Shown here in pieces: positions 44,805-49,804 of a stretch of 49,804 nt of DNA (positions within the stretch are counted from its first letter, which is position 1; each line of letters begins with the position of its first letter). The position numbers and the translations under genes are program-made. The DNA is taken from positions 1 through 49,804 of IMG/VR virus record IMGVR_UViG_3300023107_000003; one strand, 5' to 3'. The notes under the pieces were generated by a model. It was not told the origin of the DNA and ran no database searches. It saw nothing but the letters and a program-made list of their open reading frames with translations. This stretch comes from a virus. Its lineage: Duplodnaviria > Caudoviricetes.

Positions 44805-45029
44805 CTAGCGGCCGTACAAATGGGCCCGGAAGTACATGCGCAGCGTGAGCGGATTTACCTCAAAGACGCGGCGCATGCCGCGGCTGCCGCTGGCCCAGCG
44901 CTCGGAGGTGATCAGCAGGACCGCGTTGTCCAGGTCCGGGTAAGGCTCCAGGCGGGCGCGGATCGTGAGCCCGGGAGTGGGCGAGAGGAAGTAGGTGGGG
45001 TTGGCCTTCTCGATGGCGGCAAAGTCCAT
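44805..45029 (-). CDS. Hypothetical protein, 74 aa
   Basis: ATG ORF after the terminator. Confidence 0.45.
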   Translation of the reverse strand: MDFAAIEKANPTYFLSPTPGLTIRARLEPYPDLDNAVLLITSERWASGSRGMRRVFEVNPLTLRMYFRAHLYGR

Positions 45030-45055
45030 GGGACAGGGGTGAGAGGTGAAACAAT

Positions 45056-45088
45056 AAAAAGGCCCTTCCTGAATCAGAAAGGGCCTTT
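45056..45088 (-). terminator. Intrinsic terminator after the tail tube gene
   Basis: aaaggccctttctga-t-tcaggaagggccttttt on the minus strand. Confidence 0.8.
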
Positions 45089-45195
45089 GCGGCGTGCTCC
45101 ACTACGCCGGCTGTTCAGGCGGCGGGGCTGAGCCCGTTTGGCCCTGCAGGTCCGCCCGAATGGATAGCACACGAGCGATAAGGGCTACCGGTAGC

Positions 45196-45669
45196 TTATT
45201 GCGGGATAATGATGGGCTCGGTGTGGCTGAACTCCTCGTCCCGGCCGGAAATCTGGCCCTCGGAGATGTTGAAGCTCTGCCGGTTGAGAAACAGCTGCTT
45301 GATGCTGCAGTAGCTCTCGTAGTCCCACTTGACGCTGCCGTCGGGGTTGGTGCCCACTTTCACGCGGCGCAGGATGTCGAGCTGCACGCCCTTTTCCTGC
45401 AGCAGCATGTTGGCCGTGAACTGCTCCACGTCGTTGGCCGAGCGGTTGATGGCGCCGGCCAGCATCGACCGTTTCAGGTCGATATTGTAGTAGGAGCACG
45501 AAACGGTGCCCTCGAAGTCGAGGACCGGCATTTCGTCGGCATAGAGCTGGCCCAGTCCTTTCACGGGCTGGCGCCGGAACGATTCGTTTACACGAATGTC
45601 TTTCATCTTGCCCACGGCAATGCCGTTGACTTTGATGATGGCCATGGGGCCGGTCAATACTTCTGCCAT
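45196..45669 (-). CDS. Tail tube protein
   Basis: 157 aa after the sheath; VLTG..AIIKVNG..VG...V.GLG.L...E pattern typical of contractile-tail tubes. Confidence 0.85.
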   Translation of the reverse strand: MAEVLTGPMAIIKVNGIAVGKMKDIRVNESFRRQPVKGLGQLYADEMPVLDFEGTVSCSYYNIDLKRSMLAGAINRSANDVEQFTANMLLQEKGVQLDILRRVKVGTNPDGSVKWDYESYCSIKQLFLNRQSFNISEGQISGRDEEFSHTEPIIIPQ

Positions 45670-45752
45670 GGTGGGCGGGGAGTAAGGGTGCTACCCGGTC
45701 CGGCGCCCCCACTGCGTGGTAGGATCCGGACCGGGTGGCGTCGGGGCGATGC

Positions 45753-47366
45753 TTACACCTTGGCGGCGGTAAAGAACAGTTTGTTGATGGGGCCATTCGA
45801 CTCGAAGCCGAACTCCACGAACCAGGTGTCGGCCTCGCGCTTGGCCGTCACGTCGAAATAGCGCAGGATCAGGCCTTCCTTTTTGGCGTCCTGCAGCTCG
45901 GACTGGGTCCAGGTGAGCACGTCGCTCAGCGTGGCCTCGGCCTTGCTGCGGCCCACGAAGCGGATGCCAGCCTTGAGCTGCAGCCGGTTGATCAGGGCCG
46001 AGTTGATGGCTTCCTCGGCCCAGTCGTAGCTCTGCCCGTCGGGGTTGAGCAGCTCCGTGTTTTTCTGCAGCGTGTTGATGCCCTGGTTCACGGCGAAGGC
46101 CGTGCCGCCGCCCTCCACGGCAATTTCCTTCAGGTGCAGCACGCCCGCCTGCAGGGCCCGGGCCCGGGCTTCAGGGCCCAGGTCGTTGATGATGCCCTTG
46201 ATGCGGCCCAGGGGCTTGTGGGTAACGGACTCCTGAGCCGCCATGCCGCACTTGCGGCCCAGCACGGTGGCGGCCGTGTAGAGCGAGGAGCGGGCCAGCA
46301 GCCCGTAGGAGCTGGGACCGTCCACCTGGCAGCCCCCGTCGACTACAATGACGCCGCGCTGGTCGTAGCTGCTGGCCACGGCTGCCGAAACGCCGGCGTC
46401 GAACTCGGCCGGGGTCGAGCCGCCGGCAATCACCACGAAGCGCGGGAAGGGGGCATCCTCCAGGGCGGCAACCAGCAGCCCGTTCTCGGCACTGGCGGCC
46501 CCGGTGGTGCTGTCAGCCCCCCAGCGGTCGGCCAGCACGTAGGTGTGGGCGCCCTCGCTGACAACCTCCAGAGCCTTTTTCAGGGCCTCGGTGGAGTAGG
46601 TTTCCGTTCCGCCGGTTGCCAGCTTCCAGCCCAGGGCAGCCAGCAGGTTGGTGTTGTTGATGACCGTGGTGCTGCTGGTCGAGCCGGTGGGCTCGTAGGC
46701 GAAGGAGGACCGGAAGGTCTTATCCGTGAGCATCCACTGTACCAGGGCGGCCGTGTTGGTCAGCTCCGGCGACTGGGCCAGCTGCAGCTGGGCGCTGTCG
46801 GCCTGGGCAAAGCCGTTGTAGGGGATGCCGTACTCGTCGGCGCCGGCGTAGTCACCCTGGAAGAAGCGCAGCTGCACCTTGTTGGCATCGAGCGAGCCCC
46901 GCACCACGCGCGCGGCAAGCCCGCGGGTGAGCGTGTCGCCGCTGAGCGCGCCGTTCGCGCCTACGCCCTCGGCGAGCGGGTGCACCTTGAGCGTGTCCGA
47001 GCCGATGGCAATGGTGATGGTGGCTGCCCCGGTGGCGCAGGCGCGCAGGATCTGCACCTCGCTGGCGCCGGCCGTGCCCGCGCCGCCCGGGGTGAGCAGG
47101 TAGGCGGCCAGGTCGTAGTGCAGGCCGCCGCGGACTTTCTTGCGCAGCTCGGCCAGGTCGCGGAATTTTTGCAGCGCCTGCTTGCCGCTGGCCAGCTGCC
47201 CGAGCACGCCGGCGCCGGCGCCGAAGCCAGCCCCGGAGCCGGTATCGATCAGCAGCACAATGCCGGCAGAAGGGTTGGGGGTGGTAGCGGGTACGCCGCT
47301 GATTACGCGGGCGCCGACGCCGGGCTCGGTGTAGCGGCGGCCGCCAAAATTGGTAACTCCTGACAT
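45753..47366 (-). CDS. Tail sheath protein
   Basis: FGGRRYTEPGV N-terminus; ATGGT, S.THK.L, ALQAGVL and VNQGINTL motifs. Confidence 0.88.
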   Translation of the reverse strand: MSGVTNFGGRRYTEPGVGARVISGVPATTPNPSAGIVLLIDTGSGAGFGAGAGVLGQLASGKQALQKFRDLAELRKKVRGGLHYDLAAYLLTPGGAGTAGASEVQILRACATGAATITIAIGSDTLKVHPLAEGVGANGALSGDTLTRGLAARVVRGSLDANKVQLRFFQGDYAGADEYGIPYNGFAQADSAQLQLAQSPELTNTAALVQWMLTDKTFRSSFAYEPTGSTSSTTVINNTNLLAALGWKLATGGTETYSTEALKKALEVVSEGAHTYVLADRWGADSTTGAASAENGLLVAALEDAPFPRFVVIAGGSTPAEFDAGVSAAVASSYDQRGVIVVDGGCQVDGPSSYGLLARSSLYTAATVLGRKCGMAAQESVTHKPLGRIKGIINDLGPEARARALQAGVLHLKEIAVEGGGTAFAVNQGINTLQKNTELLNPDGQSYDWAEEAINSALINRLQLKAGIRFVGRSKAEATLSDVLTWTQSELQDAKKEGLILRYFDVTAKREADTWFVEFGFESNGPINKLFFTAAKV

Positions 47367-47463
47367 AAAGGGTGGAAGAATCGCGGCCCAGCTCGCCAGT
47401 CAAGGGGCGGGCCGCTGGTCGGGGCGGTGGGGGCGGCTAGGCACGCCGGCTCTTGCGAGCCCT

Positions 47464-47739
47464 TTAGTCACGTGTCGAGGCCGTGCGGGTGCGTGGCTTG
47501 CTCGCACCAGGTGCACTCAGCGCCTCGCCGGCGAAGGCCTTGGGCTGGAGCTCCTCGCCCAGGTCGGCGTCGGCCGGTGCGCTGGCCACCTTCCTGTGGG
47601 TGTCGGCCACCTTGGCGGCCCAGTCGGCCGCCGAGTGGCGCTGGCCCCCAAAGTGGGAGCGCATAAAGGCGCGGGTCAGGGTACTGGCACCGGTGAAGTC
47701 GCAGTAGTCTTGGACGGTAAGCAGGCGGGGGGTGGTCAT
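47464..47739 (-). CDS. Hypothetical protein, 91 aa (pre-sheath)
   Basis: Context. Confidence 0.55.
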   Translation of the reverse strand: MTTPRLLTVQDYCDFTGASTLTRAFMRSHFGGQRHSAADWAAKVADTHRKVASAPADADLGEELQPKAFAGEALSAPGASKPRTRTASTRD

Positions 47740-47789
47740 GGCAAGGGGTGTGGTGGACGAATATAGGCCCCTGGGGGGCGGAAAAGCGG

Positions 47790-48476
47790 TTAGGCGGGAT
47801 GGCCCAGGAAGCGGCCGATGGGCAGGACCGGCACGTCGTCGAACAGGGCCGGCACCCGGCTTTCGTAGCTGAAGGAGATGCTCAGCTGGCGCATGGCCAT
47901 GCCCGGGTAGGGACCGGTTTCGGGATCGATGTTCACGTCGCGGCCGCGCAGCTCCGGCAGGGCCAGCTTGCCGGCCAGCTGCGGCATCGAGCCAATGAGC
48001 AGGGCCCGCAGCAAATGGTAGATCATGACCGTCTGCTGGCTGGTGTGGGCAATGATCATCAGGTTATAGGTGGCCGAGAAGCTGCGGCCCAGGGCGCCGT
48101 TGCTGCCGGCGGCGGCAGCCAGGCCCGGGGCGTAGTAGTCGTCATCGTCTGCCTCGGCCAGCTCGGGGTTCATGCCGATGGCGTTGGTTTTGCCCGTATC
48201 CTCGCCCGGCAGTAGCAGCGCCACGGCCGGCATGCCGGCCGTCTGCTCCGGGAAGCCCAGCGTAATGGTGAAGGGGCCCTGGCCCGGGGTCAGCTGCAGC
48301 AGCAGCGCGTGCGCCTCGTCGAAATAGCGGTAGGCGTCGATCTTGAGCTCGCCAAAAACGCGGTAGAGCCACGTTTTTTCCGGCTCTGCGTGGTGCAGCG
48401 CCAAGTCGTTGCGTAGTTTGCTCAGGCAGACTTCCAAGTGCGCAAGCAGAGTCAATTCGGGTAGTACGACGGTCAT
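47790..48476 (-). CDS. Tail terminator / neck protein
   Basis: Position before the sheath; LGFP...PAVALLLPGE...Y.L.I pattern. Confidence 0.6.
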   Translation of the reverse strand: MTVVLPELTLLAHLEVCLSKLRNDLALHHAEPEKTWLYRVFGELKIDAYRYFDEAHALLLQLTPGQGPFTITLGFPEQTAGMPAVALLLPGEDTGKTNAIGMNPELAEADDDDYYAPGLAAAAGSNGALGRSFSATYNLMIIAHTSQQTVMIYHLLRALLIGSMPQLAGKLALPELRGRDVNIDPETGPYPGMAMRQLSISFSYESRVPALFDDVPVLPIGRFLGHPA

Positions 48477-48477
48477 G

Positions 48478-49284
48478 TTAGAGCAGGCCTAAAGCGGAAA
48501 GAACGTTTTCGGCGGCCACGCCGGCAGCGTGGTCGAGGTCGGTAGCGGCCAGCCCCTTTGCCATGAATTGGCCTGGCTCCAGGCCCGGGTGCACCCAGCT
48601 GTTTTTGGCGCTGGCCAGCGAGATCCGGCGGAAGGTCACGTAGGTGCTCTGCGTGGCGTTGGCGTAGGTTTTCTCCTGCCGCTGCATGCCCGTGTACACG
48701 CTCGTGGTGTGGGTGTAGGCCGCCAGTTGAGCCGGGGAGAGCCCGCCGGTGTTGCTGGTGATGGTGGCCCGGGTGGCGGGCAGGTTGTAGGGCTTAGGCA
48801 CCAGGCTCAGCGCCGTGCCGCTTTGCTTGGTGCCGCCTGGCATCGAGCGGAAGGCGGCCAGCTGCTTGGCCGCCTTGTACACCTCGGCCGGCATGTTACC
48901 GCTGAAGGCCGCATTTTCACCCAGCGCACCAGGAGTGCCGTGCCGGAAGGGCACGGTCAGGTAGGGCTTGCCGGCCTTGGTGAACTTCACGTTGGGGCCC
49001 TTGAGCATGGCCGCCTTCATGTCGTGGGCGCTCACGCCGTCCTCCAGCATGTTGGCCAGCGGGTCGGCCAGGAAGATGATGTTGCAGTAGGGCCCCTGGC
49101 CGGCCACGGTGATGGCCTGCAGGTAGCGGTCGCGGGTGGAGTTGAGCTTATTGCCCGCCTCCAGGCGTACGCTATCCAGGACCGTAGCCGTGACGGCCTC
49201 CAGCACGCTACGGCACAGAATATGGGCCGTGTCGCGCGGGAGCTGGAAGTCATCAATAAGTCCCTGCAGGTCAATCGTAGCCAT
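48478..49284 (-). CDS. Neck / tail-completion protein
   Basis: NMLEDGVSAHDMK, YLTVPFRHGTPG, YVTFRRIS and SWVHPG motifs. Confidence 0.65.
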   Translation of the reverse strand: MATIDLQGLIDDFQLPRDTAHILCRSVLEAVTATVLDSVRLEAGNKLNSTRDRYLQAITVAGQGPYCNIIFLADPLANMLEDGVSAHDMKAAMLKGPNVKFTKAGKPYLTVPFRHGTPGALGENAAFSGNMPAEVYKAAKQLAAFRSMPGGTKQSGTALSLVPKPYNLPATRATITSNTGGLSPAQLAAYTHTTSVYTGMQRQEKTYANATQSTYVTFRRISLASAKNSWVHPGLEPGQFMAKGLAATDLDHAAGVAAENVLSALGLL

Positions 49285-49290
49285 GGCAGC

Positions 49291-49803
49291 TTACTCGGCG
49301 GGGTTGGACTGGGCGATGTAGTCGAGCGCGTCAGCCTGGGGCGCCAGGCTGGGCAACAGCGGAATCTGGCCCGGGCGGGCGGCCTTGTTGAGAAAGTGCA
49401 GCCGACGGCCGACGGCGTGCTGGGGCAGGCGCTGCTGCGCGCCCAGGTCGTTGCGGGGCATATTGCCCGGGGCCGGGGTGCTCACCGTGTCACGTGGCAG
49501 ATCAATGATCTCGTAGGCAGGGTGGTGCTTGTAGCGGATTGAGAGCTGCACGCTACCAGGTACGGCCGCGGCCGCCAGGATCCGGATGGCGCCGGTGGCT
49601 TCCACCAGCTCGTAGTGGCCCAGCTCGATGCGCAGCTGGCGCAGCGGGGAGCGTGGCGTGAGAAAGACCAGCAGCGTGCGCACCTCCAGTGGGGCGTAGG
49701 TCGGGTACACGAGCAGGGCGCCCTCGTGCTCCAGATCGGGAACCGGGGGCTTGAGCAGCTCGGTGTACTCGCTCACGGCCGAGAGGTTGAGCAGCCGGTC
49801 GCC
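49291..49803 (-). CDS. Neck / head-closure protein (partial; 5' end beyond the window)
   Basis: Frame stays open to the window edge (GDRLLNLSAVSEY...); SIRYKHHPAYEIIDLPRD. Confidence 0.55.
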   Translation of the reverse strand, partial: GDRLLNLSAVSEYTELLKPPVPDLEHEGALLVYPTYAPLEVRTLLVFLTPRSPLRQLRIELGHYELVEATGAIRILAAAAVPGSVQLSIRYKHHPAYEIIDLPRDTVSTPAPGNMPRNDLGAQQRLPQHAVGRRLHFLNKAARPGQIPLLPSLAPQADALDYIAQSNPAE

Positions 49804-49804
49804 G

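Larger units (their letters stand above)
1..49804 (-). mobile_element. Temperate contractile-tailed phage or phage-plasmid genome segment, probable Bacteroidota (Hymenobacter-like) host
   Basis: Co-oriented tail, baseplate, lysis, replication and partition modules with no host housekeeping genes; Bacteroidota-type TAnnTTTG promoters; ends, capsid and integrase are not in the window. Confidence 0.9.

Noticed and set aside
11376-47363. Long plus-strand ORFs (e.g. 11376-12887, 30946-32250, 39332-40936, 41045-42502, 45735-47363)
   Set aside because: They are antisense shadows of GC-rich minus-strand genes, with no recognisable motifs
31054-47366. Extracellular contractile injection system or tailocin
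   Set aside because: Neck genes, replication, partition and a TerS-like gene point to a complete phage; no Afp15-like ATPase is seen in the tail cluster
26990-47765. Degenerate CTAymTT motifs upstream of several late genes (~26995, 34050, 44797, 47760)
   Set aside because: Too short and degenerate to call as late promoters without TSS data
1-49804. tRNA/rRNA genes, integrase, transposases
   Set aside because: None recognised by eye; tRNAscan-SE was not run

Overview
A ~50 kb segment of a large, GC-rich temperate myovirus. It is probably a phage-plasmid of a high-GC Bacteroidota host such as Hymenobacter, inferred from TTG-N19/20-TAnnTTTG promoters and start codons that mostly lack Shine-Dalgarno motifs. 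Essentially all protein genes are on the minus strand. In transcription order (right to left) the window holds: neck/tail-terminator genes, sheath, tube, chaperones, tape measure, baseplate hub and spike; a ~3 kb accessory island headed by a ~280-nt structured RNA; baseplate wedge/J genes and tail fibres; a six-gene lysis cassette that begins with a membrane-anchored PAS sensor lacking any output domain; more baseplate/fibre genes and a TerS-like gene; a lambda O/P-like initiator with internal iterons plus an ATPase loader; and early accessory genes (HD hydrolase, DUF5131) with a type Ib ParA/RHH partition cassette and a 35 x 9-bp centromere-like array. The best candidates for undescribed biology are: (1) the PAS-sensor-headed lysis cassette; (2) two promoter-bounded structured ncRNAs at 5870-6051 (+) and 37434-37715 (-); (3) the nonamer centromere array; (4) a perfect 40-bp palindrome; (5) an OmpA-like domain inserted in the baseplate hub. 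Protein calls come from motif recognition by eye and gene context; no database search was run.
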